Below the pieces are notes generated by a model, which saw only the letters and a list, made by a program, of their open reading frames with translations, was not told where the DNA came from and did not search any database. Shown here in pieces: positions 29,714 to 39,083 of a stretch of 64,000 nt of DNA; positions within the stretch are counted from its first letter, which is position 1, and each line of letters begins with the position of its first letter. This stretch comes from an uncultured Gammaproteobacteria bacterium (GTDB lineage Bacteria > Pseudomonadota > Gammaproteobacteria > UBA4575): assembly GCA_963976865.1 (NCBI GenBank), contig CAXBLY010000002.1, positions 22,917 through 86,916 on the forward strand, written 5' to 3'. The translations under genes were made by a program, and so were the position numbers.

Positions 29714-30403
29714 TCAAACTGAAAGATACCCACTGATTTTTTCGGCGTCCACATCATCTCGAGTATTTTCAAATATAATCTCACCACTTTCTATCACTAG
29801 AATTCGATCAGCAATAGCCAGGGCAAAATGCAAAACCTGTTCAGACACAATGATGGTGATATCCCGCATTTTTCTTATTTCATTAAGGATATTCGCAATA
29901 TCCTTGATAATTGATGGCTGAATCCCTTCTGTTGGCTCATCCAAAAGTAATACCTTTGGATCCGTTACTAAAGCGCGTGCTATTGCAAGTTGCTGCTGCT
30001 GCCCTCCTGACAGGTTTCCACCTTTTCTATGCCTCATGTCATGCAAGACAGGAAACAGAGAAAATATCTCATCAGGAATCTTCTTTGACCTGGAATTTTC
30101 CAACCCGGTTTCAATGTTCTCCTGTACCGAAAGCGCAGGGAAAATCATTCTGCCTTGTGGCACATATGCAATACCATTAGATACTCTTTCAAAGCTTTCC
30201 ATATTAGAAACATCGGTTGCATCAATTGAAATATTGCCATTATTAACTGGAAGAATTCCTATCAATGATTTGAATAATGTAGTTTTACCCATACCATTCC
30301 TTCCCATAATAGCAATCGTTTGATTATTATCTGCAGTAAAGGATAGATCATCAATGACTTTGCTTTGCCCATATGAGACCTGAATATTTTCAACGTGCAA
30401 CAT
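29714..30403 (-). CDS. urtE: Second-copy urea/amide ABC transporter ATP-binding protein (UrtE/FmdF-like)
   Basis: 229 aa, GRNGMGKTT, LSGGQQQ. Paralogue of 3158..3853. Confidence 0.85.
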   Translation of the reverse strand: MLHVENIQVSYGQSKVIDDLSFTADNNQTIAIMGRNGMGKTTLFKSLIGILPVNNGNISIDATDVSNMESFERVSNGIAYVPQGRMIFPALSVQENIETGLENSRSKKIPDEIFSLFPVLHDMRHRKGGNLSGGQQQQLAIARALVTDPKVLLLDEPTEGIQPSIIKDIANILNEIRKMRDITIIVSEQVLHFALAIADRILVIESGEIIFENTRDDVDAEKISGYLSV

Positions 30404-30434
30404 TATATATTCCTCTTTAATGATTGATTCAGAA

Positions 30435-31187
30435 TTAATGACCCAGATACACTTCTATTACTTGCTCGTTTGATTTAACTTCATGCATTGGCCCTTCTGC
30501 CAACAGCTTTCCCTGATGTAACACAGTGACCTTACTGGCAATTTTCTCAACAAAGTCCATATCATGCTCAATAACAATTACGCTGCGTCCTTGGCATATT
30601 CTTTTTAACAAGTCTGCAGTTTGATCTCTCTCTTTAACACTCATGCCTGCAACCGGCTCATCCAGCATCAACAATTCAGGATCCTGAATTAATAACATTC
30701 CAATCTCTAACCACTGCTTCTGGCCGTGACTTAACAGAGATGCTTCCATTTCGAGAAATTCTTCCAGGAATATCTCTTTCGCAATGCGATGTATTTCCTG
30801 ATCGACTGTTTCTGTTGTTTTAAAAAATATTGCGCTTAATACATTTCTGGCCTGCGGATATGATACTTCCAGATTTTCATAGACAGACAGATTTTCATAA
30901 ATTGAAGGTGTCTGAAATTTCCTGCCAACACCCGCATGTACAATCTGATGCTCCGACATTTTTGTCAGTTCATGATTGTTGAATTTAATATATCCACTAC
31001 TGGCTGATGTTTTACCACATATCAAGTCTAGTAAAGTTGTCTTACCAGCACCGTTAGGTCCAATAATGACTCTCAATTCATTTTTGTCGATATACATCGT
31101 TACATTATCGACAGCTTTAAAACCATCAAAAGAGACAGTTAATTCTTCTATGCTTAGTACAAAATCTGAATTACTACCTTCAGCCAT
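30435..31187 (-). CDS. urtD: Second-copy urea/amide ABC transporter ATP-binding protein (UrtD/FmdE-like)
   Basis: 250 aa, GPNGAGKTT, LSHGQKQWLEIG. Confidence 0.85.
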   Translation of the reverse strand: MAEGSNSDFVLSIEELTVSFDGFKAVDNVTMYIDKNELRVIIGPNGAGKTTLLDLICGKTSASSGYIKFNNHELTKMSEHQIVHAGVGRKFQTPSIYENLSVYENLEVSYPQARNVLSAIFFKTTETVDQEIHRIAKEIFLEEFLEMEASLLSHGQKQWLEIGMLLIQDPELLMLDEPVAGMSVKERDQTADLLKRICQGRSVIVIEHDMDFVEKIASKVTVLHQGKLLAEGPMHEVKSNEQVIEVYLGH

Positions 31188-31207
31188 GATTATTCCTTTT
31201 ATCAGTA

Positions 31208-32368
31208 TTATTCAATTGCTGCAGATGTTTTAGAAGTCATTGCAACGTTATCCTGCAAATTACCGGAGGAATCCTTGTCGGTGTTATTCCTTGAAGCTTT
31301 ATATTTATCAGAGAGTTTCTGATAGATGCCAGCGAGACCATTAGGAAATGCCATGACAACACCGATAAACAAAGCGCCCATCAGGAATAACCATAATTCC
31401 GGAAAACTTTCTGAAAACAATGTTTTTCCGTAGTTGACTAACAGAGTTCCATAGATCGCACCAATCAAACTCATACGCCCCCCTACAGCCGCAAATATAA
31501 CCATCTCAATAGATGGCACAATTCCGACAAATGAAGGAGACATAAAACCTACCTGCAGTGTAAACATTGCACCACCGATTGCAGAAAATGCTGCAGCAAC
31601 ACAAAAGATAAATATTTTAAAATTTGCTACGTCATAACCAGAGAACCTGACCCTGTCTTCTTTGTCCTTGAGTGCTAGCAGTAATTTTCCAACCTTTCCA
31701 TTCAGTATAAAACGTCCGATAAGTACACATATAGCAAGCAATAAAAGATTTATGTAATAGAGGATATATTTTGCCGAATCATCTCTGATATCCCACCCAT
31801 GAAGAGTACGTAGATCAGTGATTCCATTAACACCTCCTATCAAGCCTTGTTGTCCTATAATTAATATCGTTAGAATTGCAGCGACGGCTTGTGTAATAAT
31901 CGCAAAGTACACACCACTCACACGGCGTTTAAACATAGCCGCTCCAATAATGTACGCAAATACGGTTGGCACAATAAGTACTGCAGCTAACGTAAATGCA
32001 AAATTATCAAAAGGCACCCAAAACCATGGCAGTTCAGTTAGCTGATTCCAATCCATAAAGTCAGGTATACCAGGTGTTGATTGAATAGCTGTCGTGACGG
32101 GATCAGATGCTTCGAGCTTGAGAAACATGGCCATGCAATATCCACCCAGGCCAAAAAATACTCCTTGACCTAAACTCAGAATTCCACCATACCCCCAACA
32201 CAACACCAGGCTCATGGCAACAAAAGCATAAGTGAGATATTTACCAACAAGGTTCAATCGGAATATATCCAGTACTAGTGGCAGCAAGACACCTAAGAAT
32301 ACAAGTATGACAACCAAACCAATCATGTCATTTTTGCTTCCCAACATTCTTTGTAAAGCTATATTCAT
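31208..32368 (-). CDS. urtC: Second-copy urea/amide ABC transporter permease (UrtC-like)
   Basis: 386 aa polytopic, paralogue of 4613..5728. Confidence 0.8.
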   Translation of the reverse strand: MNIALQRMLGSKNDMIGLVVILVFLGVLLPLVLDIFRLNLVGKYLTYAFVAMSLVLCWGYGGILSLGQGVFFGLGGYCMAMFLKLEASDPVTTAIQSTPGIPDFMDWNQLTELPWFWVPFDNFAFTLAAVLIVPTVFAYIIGAAMFKRRVSGVYFAIITQAVAAILTILIIGQQGLIGGVNGITDLRTLHGWDIRDDSAKYILYYINLLLLAICVLIGRFILNGKVGKLLLALKDKEDRVRFSGYDVANFKIFIFCVAAAFSAIGGAMFTLQVGFMSPSFVGIVPSIEMVIFAAVGGRMSLIGAIYGTLLVNYGKTLFSESFPELWLFLMGALFIGVVMAFPNGLAGIYQKLSDKYKASRNNTDKDSSGNLQDNVAMTSKTSAAIE

Positions 32369-32379
32369 AAAAGCTCTCC

Positions 32380-33306
32380 TTATTTTCTGACTTTGACTGA
32401 GAACAAACCTTCAGGCTTTATCATCAATATGATGATCACTGTTAACAGTGTAAGCACCTTGGCCATAGATCCTGAAAGGAAAAATTCCATAATTGATTGC
32501 GCCTGGGCGATTGAAAATGCAGATGCAATAGTCCCCAATAAACTCGCAGCACCACCAAATACAACAACCAAAAATGTATCAACGATATAAAGAGATCCAC
32601 TGGTAGGGCCTGTTGACGCAATGGTTGTAAATACTGCTCCTGCAATTCCAGCGATCCCACATCCAAATGCAAATGTATAACGGTCAACTTTTTTAGTATT
32701 AATACCAGCAGCCCCACTCATAACACGATTCTGAGTTGTGGCTCTTATACGCAAACCCCAACGTGATTTATAAAGCATATAAAATACTGCCAGGGTAAGA
32801 AAAAATGTAACTGTCACCACCAGAATTCCATTAATTGGAATTTCTATGATATCTGTTAACTGATAAGAACCCAGCAACCAATCTGGCAAAGTTGGGCTAA
32901 CTTCTCTTGCCCCAAATGCAGAACGGAATCCTTGCTGCATTATCAGGCTCAATCCCCATGTGGCCAGCAAAGTATCCAATGGCCTTTTATATAAATGCCT
33001 GACCATCCCTAACTCAACCAGGTAACCAACTATAAAAGCAATAAAGAAAGCAATGACAATGGCAAAGAAAAAATAATAATCCATAAACTCAGGAATATGC
33101 TTTTGAGTTAATACAGATAATAAATAAGTTGTGTATGCGCCAATTGTCAGAAATTCACCATGGGCCATGTTAATTACCTGCATTTGCCCAAATATGATCG
33201 CAAGTCCCAGTGCCATCAACAAAAATACACAAAATAGACTCAACCCGGAAAAGCCCTGCATTGCAAATATTGATCCCAGCTCAGATGCAGAATAATCAGA
33301 GAACAT
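32380..33306 (-). CDS. urtB: Second-copy urea/amide ABC transporter permease (UrtB-like)
   Basis: 308 aa polytopic, paralogue of 5732..6607. Confidence 0.8.
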   Translation of the reverse strand: MFSDYSASELGSIFAMQGFSGLSLFCVFLLMALGLAIIFGQMQVINMAHGEFLTIGAYTTYLLSVLTQKHIPEFMDYYFFFAIVIAFFIAFIVGYLVELGMVRHLYKRPLDTLLATWGLSLIMQQGFRSAFGAREVSPTLPDWLLGSYQLTDIIEIPINGILVVTVTFFLTLAVFYMLYKSRWGLRIRATTQNRVMSGAAGINTKKVDRYTFAFGCGIAGIAGAVFTTIASTGPTSGSLYIVDTFLVVVFGGAASLLGTIASAFSIAQAQSIMEFFLSGSMAKVLTLLTVIIILMIKPEGLFSVKVRK

Positions 33307-33412
33307 TAGCTAACTCCTTGCAAATTATTATTCATGTGCATTATCGAGTAACAACCAATGTTGAACTCAGGCTATTACTCGATATGCATGATTAAGTTAA
33401 ATCCCAGTCGCC

Positions 33413-34669
33413 TTATTGATAACCTTCAGGGAATGGATTTGGCTCAATCAGATCTGATTCGTAAATCACTTCAAATTGCCCATCAGCTTTTGCCAGACCA
33501 ATTCTTGTTTTACTCCACAGATGGTGATTCTTATCATGAATACGTACATAGCCTTCCGGTGCTGTAGTCAACTCTATGCCATTTGATGAAACTGCAATTT
33601 TATCAACATCAAAACTGCCGGCTTTCTCGACAGCTGCTTTCCATAGCCATGGGCCAAGATAGGCAGCCTGTGTGACGTCGCCAATAACGCTATCTTCGCC
33701 CCACATTTCCTTAAACTCCTTAACAAAATTTGTATTATTTTCATTGTCAAGACTCTGGAAATATTTCATTGCAGAATAAAAACCTTCAACATTTTCACCA
33801 CCAATGCCCAGCATTTCATCTTCTGTTACAGAAATAGTTAATAAAGTCCATTTATCTGACGTAATACCAGCTGCTTTAAGTTGCTTGAACCATGAAACAT
33901 TGCTACCACCAACAACTGCGGCGTAAATCACGTCTGGCTTCTTCAGTTTAATCTTGTTAATTAAAGATCCGAAGTTTGTGTGACCAAGTGGGTAGTACTC
34001 TTCTCCTACTACTTTTCCACCTAATACATTCTCAATGTGTTTGCGAGCAATCTTCATAGAAGTTCTTGGCCAGATATAATCGGAACCAACCAGGTAAAAA
34101 GTTTTTGCACCTTTTTTCTCTTTAATCCAGTCTAATCCAGCAAGAATTTGTTGTGTCGCTTCCTGACCTGTATAAATTACATTTTTGGACTGTTCAAGAC
34201 CTTCGTAAAATGTTGGGTAATAAAGCATGCCATTTTCTTTCTCAAATACAGGCAGTGCAGCTTTACGTGAAGCAGACGTCCAGCAACCAAATACCGCGGC
34301 TACTTTGTCATTGACTAATAACTTCCTTGATTTCTCCGCAAATGTTGGCCAGTCACTAGCACCGTCTTCTTGGATTATCTCAATCTTTCTACCAAGTACT
34401 CCGCCCATTTCATTTATCTGGCTAATCGCAAGCTTTTCAGCTTCAACTGAACCAGTTTCACTGATTGCCATGGTACCTGTCACTGAATGTAGAATACCTA
34501 CTGTTACAGTATCATCGGTAACAGCCAATCCTGTGGTGTTTACCTCCGATGTAGGGTAATCATTAGAAAATACGTTCTGACTTACGAATAAAAATATTAT
34601 TAATAATGAACTCAGAACACTTAATTTAAACTTATGCATGTTTCTATCTCCGAAGTTAATGTAAATCAT
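33413..34669 (-). CDS. urtA: Second-copy periplasmic urea/amide/formamide binding protein (UrtA/FmdD-like), Sec-type signal; likely start at the internal Met (about 34639)
   Basis: LivJ/UrtA-like body (VTVGILHSVTGTMAISE, QINEMGGVLGRKI). MHKFKLSVLSSLLIIFLFVSQNVFS looks like a Sec signal, in contrast to the Tat signal on copy 1. Confidence 0.85.
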   Translation of the reverse strand: MIYINFGDRNMHKFKLSVLSSLLIIFLFVSQNVFSNDYPTSEVNTTGLAVTDDTVTVGILHSVTGTMAISETGSVEAEKLAISQINEMGGVLGRKIEIIQEDGASDWPTFAEKSRKLLVNDKVAAVFGCWTSASRKAALPVFEKENGMLYYPTFYEGLEQSKNVIYTGQEATQQILAGLDWIKEKKGAKTFYLVGSDYIWPRTSMKIARKHIENVLGGKVVGEEYYPLGHTNFGSLINKIKLKKPDVIYAAVVGGSNVSWFKQLKAAGITSDKWTLLTISVTEDEMLGIGGENVEGFYSAMKYFQSLDNENNTNFVKEFKEMWGEDSVIGDVTQAAYLGPWLWKAAVEKAGSFDVDKIAVSSNGIELTTAPEGYVRIHDKNHHLWSKTRIGLAKADGQFEVIYESDLIEPNPFPEGYQ

Positions 34670-34969
34670 GTTCGAAAATATTCATTGCAACTACAATGCC
34701 AACTACGTTTTTACAAGCGAATTAAATTATTTGTTATGAGAATGATATTGAATCATGTTAATTACGCACTAATTTCTTTCATCATTAAATCGTTAAAACT
34801 TTATAATGGTGCGTAAGTAATATAAATTTTTATATATCAATAAACAGACCAGAATTAACACTCTGTAATTTCAGAAAGCTATGCATTTTTAGATGCATAG
34901 AATCTTTTATTAGTGCAGAATTATTATGGTACGGATGCTGACAAGATTTGATGCCTAAACGCATCTATA

Positions 34970-35233
34970 TTATTTGACTTGTGGGCGGGTATTTTGATCG
35001 AGTATTTTTTTCACTGTTGAGCAGTGCCATTTACCATTTCTTGGAGTTTTATATTGATTCTCATTTAAATAATCACATATATCCTGAAGAATATGACCGC
35101 TCTTTCTTAAATTAATAATTTTGGATATGGTTGCTTGCTGATCACGATCTATCATTTGATAACCACTCGCTGCGATTCTCCAGCCATAACGCATTCTCCT
35201 GTAGTTACAATGATCGACCTTGTAGGCTCTCAC
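34970..35233 (-). pseudogene. Remnant of a large serine recombinase: only the 'Recombinase' domain is present and the N-terminal catalytic resolvase domain is missing
   Basis: The 87-aa ORF YGWRIAASGYQMIDRDQQATISKIINLRKSGHILQDICDYLNENQYKTPRNGKWHCSTVKKIL aligns with the recombinase domain of TnpX/SpoIVCA-type enzymes (...YSLRKIAKYLNE.GIPTPRGGKWSASTISRIL). There is no room upstream for a catalytic domain, because fmdB ends 12 nt away. Confidence 0.55.
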
Positions 35234-35245
35234 TAGTCTTGCTCC

Positions 35246-35560
35246 TTAGTGTCCTAGCATCCATGGTCTGCCACCTGGCGATGCCTGCATATATTCAGGC
35301 TTCTTATGTGAATGATTATCATGAGAGTGATCATGTCCACAGGAATGCTTTTTCTTCCTTATTGGTTCGTGAGCACTCTTTTCATTTTTTTCCCAGGCCT
35401 GTCTGTTTCTATTGTTCATTAAAGATAATGCAGGAGCGGAAATAATGCGCGTCGTATCTGATCCACATGAAGGACAAGGAAAAGTATCATTTCTATTATT
35501 TATATTTGCATGCTGGATAAAATCGCCATGTTCTTCACAACGGTATTCATATATAGGCAT
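35246..35560 (-). CDS. fmdB: FmdB-family zinc-ribbon putative regulatory protein with a His-rich C-terminal tail
   Basis: 104 aa. MPIYEYRCEEHGDF...FPCPSCGS is the FmdB/CxxC_CxxC_SSSS ribbon, with the first pair being C..H. Immediately downstream of fmdA. The tail is HSCGHDHSHDNHSHKK. Confidence 0.75.
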   Translation of the reverse strand: MPIYEYRCEEHGDFIQHANINNRNDTFPCPSCGSDTTRIISAPALSLMNNRNRQAWEKNEKSAHEPIRKKKHSCGHDHSHDNHSHKKPEYMQASPGGRPWMLGH

Positions 35561-35588
35561 TATCTACACTCCTGAATTTAATTTAACA

Positions 35589-36845
35589 TTAACTGGTAAA
35601 CGCCAGATCTTGCGAACCTGTTACCTCTTTAGTTGGCCCTTCTTCTTTGATATTGATATCAAAGTCAAATATTCCTGTTGGTAGCCATAGAGTAGAACAT
35701 GCATTCGGAATATCGACTATTCCACTAATGTGTCCTTCAACTGGTGCGGTACCTAAAATTGCATATCCCTGTGCTCCGGTGAATCCAAATTTCTTCATAT
35801 ACTCAATCGCATTTAAACATGCTCTACGATAAGCAATGTGAGGATCAAGATAATATTGCTCTCCGTCTTCGTCGACTGAAATCCCTTCAAAGATCAGGTA
35901 GTCAGAATAATCCGGATCAATTTTACTTGGTTTGAAGATAGGATTAACGACACTATATTTCTCCATCCCACCTTTAATAATGCTCACTTTGATGTCCAGA
36001 TACCCGGCCATCTCGATTGCTCCACAGAATGTAATTTCTCCATCACCCTGAGAAAAATGGATATCACCCATGGAAAGTCCCGCACCATCAACATACACTG
36101 GAAAATAAACAGTTGATCCACGCGAAAGATTTTTGATATCACAATTACCACCATGTTCTCTTGGAGGTACTGTTCTGGCAGCTTCAGCTGCAGCTTTATC
36201 ACGCGCTGCACCTGTCAGTGACCCCATTAGCGCAGTATCTGCATAGGGTAATGCTGCCAATGGCGGTACTCTGTCAGGGTCTGTGTTAACCAGCTTGGTT
36301 TCACGCTTGTTCCACTCATCCAGCAAGTCAGCAGATGGCAGACAGCCAATCAATCCCGGATGCATTGTGCCTGGAAATCTGACGTGAGGAATGTGTCTTG
36401 AAGATGCCCATATACCACTAAAGTCCCAGCATGCTTTTCTTGCTTCAGGATAATGCTCAGTCAGGAATCCACCTCCATTCTCGCGAGCAAAGAATCCAGT
36501 GAACCCCCAGGCAGATTCAGGTAATACACCGACATCCAGAATATCCACGACTAGCAAGTCTCCAGGCTTTGCTCCCTCGACACCAATAGGCCCACTCAAG
36601 TAGTGCACTTTGGTTAAATCGACATCCCGAATATCATTCGCACTATCATCATTTTCAATTTGTCCTCCAGTCCAGTCAATACACTGAACTCGAAATTCCT
36701 GTCCTGGTTTAACAGTTGAAGTAAATGGAATATCAGGATGCCATCGATTGTGAAGTACATCGGCTTGTTCTTCTGGTGTTTTATCTATATCTACTTCTAT
36801 TAGCGTTTCTATCATTATGCTCACTCCTAGCTGATTAAGGATCAA
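35589..36845 (-). CDS. fmdA: Formamidase of the acetamidase/formamidase (FmdA_AmdA) family; probable true start at the internal Met (MIETLIEVD, about 36815)
   Basis: About 408 aa from the internal Met, the FmdA size. Conserved blocks are NRWHPDIP, DWTGGQI.NDDSA.D, LSGPIGVEGAKPGDLLVVD, GNCDIKNL and HFSQGDGEI. The fmdA-fmdB-fmdDEF(urt-like) arrangement is as in Methylophilus. Confidence 0.85.
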   Translation of the reverse strand: MILNQLGVSIMIETLIEVDIDKTPEEQADVLHNRWHPDIPFTSTVKPGQEFRVQCIDWTGGQIENDDSANDIRDVDLTKVHYLSGPIGVEGAKPGDLLVVDILDVGVLPESAWGFTGFFARENGGGFLTEHYPEARKACWDFSGIWASSRHIPHVRFPGTMHPGLIGCLPSADLLDEWNKRETKLVNTDPDRVPPLAALPYADTALMGSLTGAARDKAAAEAARTVPPREHGGNCDIKNLSRGSTVYFPVYVDGAGLSMGDIHFSQGDGEITFCGAIEMAGYLDIKVSIIKGGMEKYSVVNPIFKPSKIDPDYSDYLIFEGISVDEDGEQYYLDPHIAYRRACLNAIEYMKKFGFTGAQGYAILGTAPVEGHISGIVDIPNACSTLWLPTGIFDFDINIKEEGPTKEVTGSQDLAFTS

Positions 36846-37144
36846 ATCATCCAGAACATCGCACTATATGTGCCAACAATAAGAGCATTATAGAAATCAG
36901 CAACTTAGTGAATTTCAAGATGTTGCTGTATTGAATAACACATAGATTTTTGCACCATTATAGATATTGGCGCACCAAAAAAAGATACTACAGAACAGAG
37001 CAGGAACAATAATTATTCAATTATTAATGGCATTGAATCTTTTCGCACTAGACACTATCACACACAAAAATTTAAGCACTATTACCTGTGAAATATTCAA
37101 TGTGTTCAACTATCACATCAAACATTCACAGTATAGCTACATAT

Positions 37145-37783
37145 TTAGAATCTGAGTTTCAGACTTCTATAAAGAGTATTCAACTCATCTACTGAATTAA
37201 CACAGGTATCCAGGTCTTTGAGTATCCCGTCTTCTATACCATAGATCCAGCCATGTACCGCTAGCTCATTATTGCGTTTCCAGCAGTTTTGCACTGTTGT
37301 GGTATTACATACATTAAATACCTGTTCAATGACGTTTAATTCACTCAGACGAGCCTGTTTTTCCTCACCCGATAAGGCTGACAACTCCTCTGCGTGAAAC
37401 CTTGCGACATCTTTAATGTGTCTAAGCCAATTATCAATCAGGCCATGTTGCTTTTTTTCCAGTGATGCCTGTATTCCACCACATCCATAATGACCACACA
37501 CAATAATATGTTTAACCTTTAATACTTCGACTGCAAACTGTATGACGGAGAGGCAGTTTAAATCAGTATGAACCACAACATTCGCTATATTCCGGTGTAC
37601 AAATACTTCTCCCGGAGGAAGGTTTACAATCTGATTTGCAGGCACACGACTATCAGAGCATCCTATCCATAGATATTCTGGCGTTTGCTGTTCAGACGAA
37701 ATAGAAAAGAATTCAGGGTTTTCATCTTTAATTTTCTTCGCCCAGGCACGGTTATTGTCAAACAGTTTACTTAATTTTTTCAT
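37145..37783 (-). CDS. Beta-class carbonic anhydrase
   Basis: 212 aa with CSDSRV and HYGCGG zinc-ligand motifs. Confidence 0.85.
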   Translation of the reverse strand: MKKLSKLFDNNRAWAKKIKDENPEFFSISSEQQTPEYLWIGCSDSRVPANQIVNLPPGEVFVHRNIANVVVHTDLNCLSVIQFAVEVLKVKHIIVCGHYGCGGIQASLEKKQHGLIDNWLRHIKDVARFHAEELSALSGEEKQARLSELNVIEQVFNVCNTTTVQNCWKRNNELAVHGWIYGIEDGILKDLDTCVNSVDELNTLYRSLKLRF

Positions 37784-37801
37784 AATATTTTATGCTTTAT
37801 A

Positions 37802-39037
37802 TTAATAATTAAAATAACTATCCCACAGACTGTCCAATTGTGTATTAGATTCGGATAGAGGTTTAGCCTGATATTTTCCATCAATGCTACTGATCAACTT
37901 CAACCGTAGCAATTTCTCCAAAGCATCCTGCATTTCAAAATCAAGCACACACTGGTATTTATCACAAAACCACTTTTCGATCTTATCGTCAAGCTCTGCT
38001 GCTGATAAAGGCTTATTTGATATCAGAAGATGATAGTAAGCAAGGATTGTTTCCTTACACTCCTCTTCTTCTGCCGTATCAATTAAGTGGTGAAATACAC
38101 CAGCGTTATTATCAAGATTTTTAAAATAGAGATTTTCAGCCAATTGTTTCATGAACTGGATTTTTCTGTTTTTATATTTAGTGAATTGACGCCATAAAAA
38201 TCCACCTAATCCTGCCAGCCCCACCAGTAAAGCAATTAGCGTAGGTTGATCTAGCGTTGCAGGTTCATCATGAAGACCCAGCCAAAAGGCAAGTACAGAT
38301 AACACCAGCAATAGTGTCGCTCCCAATTTTGTCACTAGCATGAATACTCCACCTACTGCGGCGGGAACACCAATCAGCAACTTATCGATAGGCTTCATAC
38401 GTACTTCTGTATTTGGAAATAGCATTTCCATATCATTTTTAGGCACATTGCGAAATAACTTTATAATGGTCGAACCAGGCTCAAAATAAAGGTCAGTTCT
38501 ATCCAGCCTGTCAAAGTATTCTTTTTGTTTAAATCGTACATATACAAGAACACGATCATATACCTGTAATTCTATTGGGCGTTTTTTCAAGCCAAACCAC
38601 TGGCTAACAGTTTCTGTTTTATCACTCAGACCACGCCTGAAAAACAGCACCTCTTCAAAATCATCAAAATCAACCTGGAGCTTAACTTTAAACAGCGATT
38701 CTGCATGCATTGCATCTTGCAGATCAGCCTCTGAAACAGATTCAAAATTGGCTTGTTCCAGAACAAGCTTGAGTTGATCTTCTAATAATATTTTAAGTTC
38801 ATTGACATCAATGTCACCAGTATCTATTGATCTTGTATCTCTATCAGGGTCGAATGGTGCATAGTAATTTTTTAATTGTTCCAGCCGCTTATGCAACTCA
38901 AAGTGGAACAGAGCAGTAAGCATTTCACAAAACCCGTTGAATGCTTCAACATCATTTTTTGCCAACCCTGCATCAGCCTGACACATAGTTACGACATCAG
39001 TACGTCGATAAGGTATAAATCTCTCTCTAACTTTCAC
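37802..39037 (-). CDS. Hypothetical membrane protein (DUF3754/TMEM143-like?)
   Basis: 411 aa. Acidic N-terminal half, two predicted TM helices (IGVPAAVGGVFMLVTKLGATLLLVLSVLAFWL and LIALLVGLAGLGGFLW), helical C-terminus. Family assignment from memory only. Confidence 0.4.
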   Translation of the reverse strand: MKVRERFIPYRRTDVVTMCQADAGLAKNDVEAFNGFCEMLTALFHFELHKRLEQLKNYYAPFDPDRDTRSIDTGDIDVNELKILLEDQLKLVLEQANFESVSEADLQDAMHAESLFKVKLQVDFDDFEEVLFFRRGLSDKTETVSQWFGLKKRPIELQVYDRVLVYVRFKQKEYFDRLDRTDLYFEPGSTIIKLFRNVPKNDMEMLFPNTEVRMKPIDKLLIGVPAAVGGVFMLVTKLGATLLLVLSVLAFWLGLHDEPATLDQPTLIALLVGLAGLGGFLWRQFTKYKNRKIQFMKQLAENLYFKNLDNNAGVFHHLIDTAEEEECKETILAYYHLLISNKPLSAAELDDKIEKWFCDKYQCVLDFEMQDALEKLLRLKLISSIDGKYQAKPLSESNTQLDSLWDSYFNY

Positions 39038-39083
39038 TTACTTGCCTCTATTTAGTATTTGCGCTTTAAGTGTTTTACTGAAA

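Noticed and set aside
35131-35445. 104-aa plus-strand ORF spanning the recombinase remnant and fmdB
   Set aside because: Overlaps two better-supported minus-strand ORFs. No motif.
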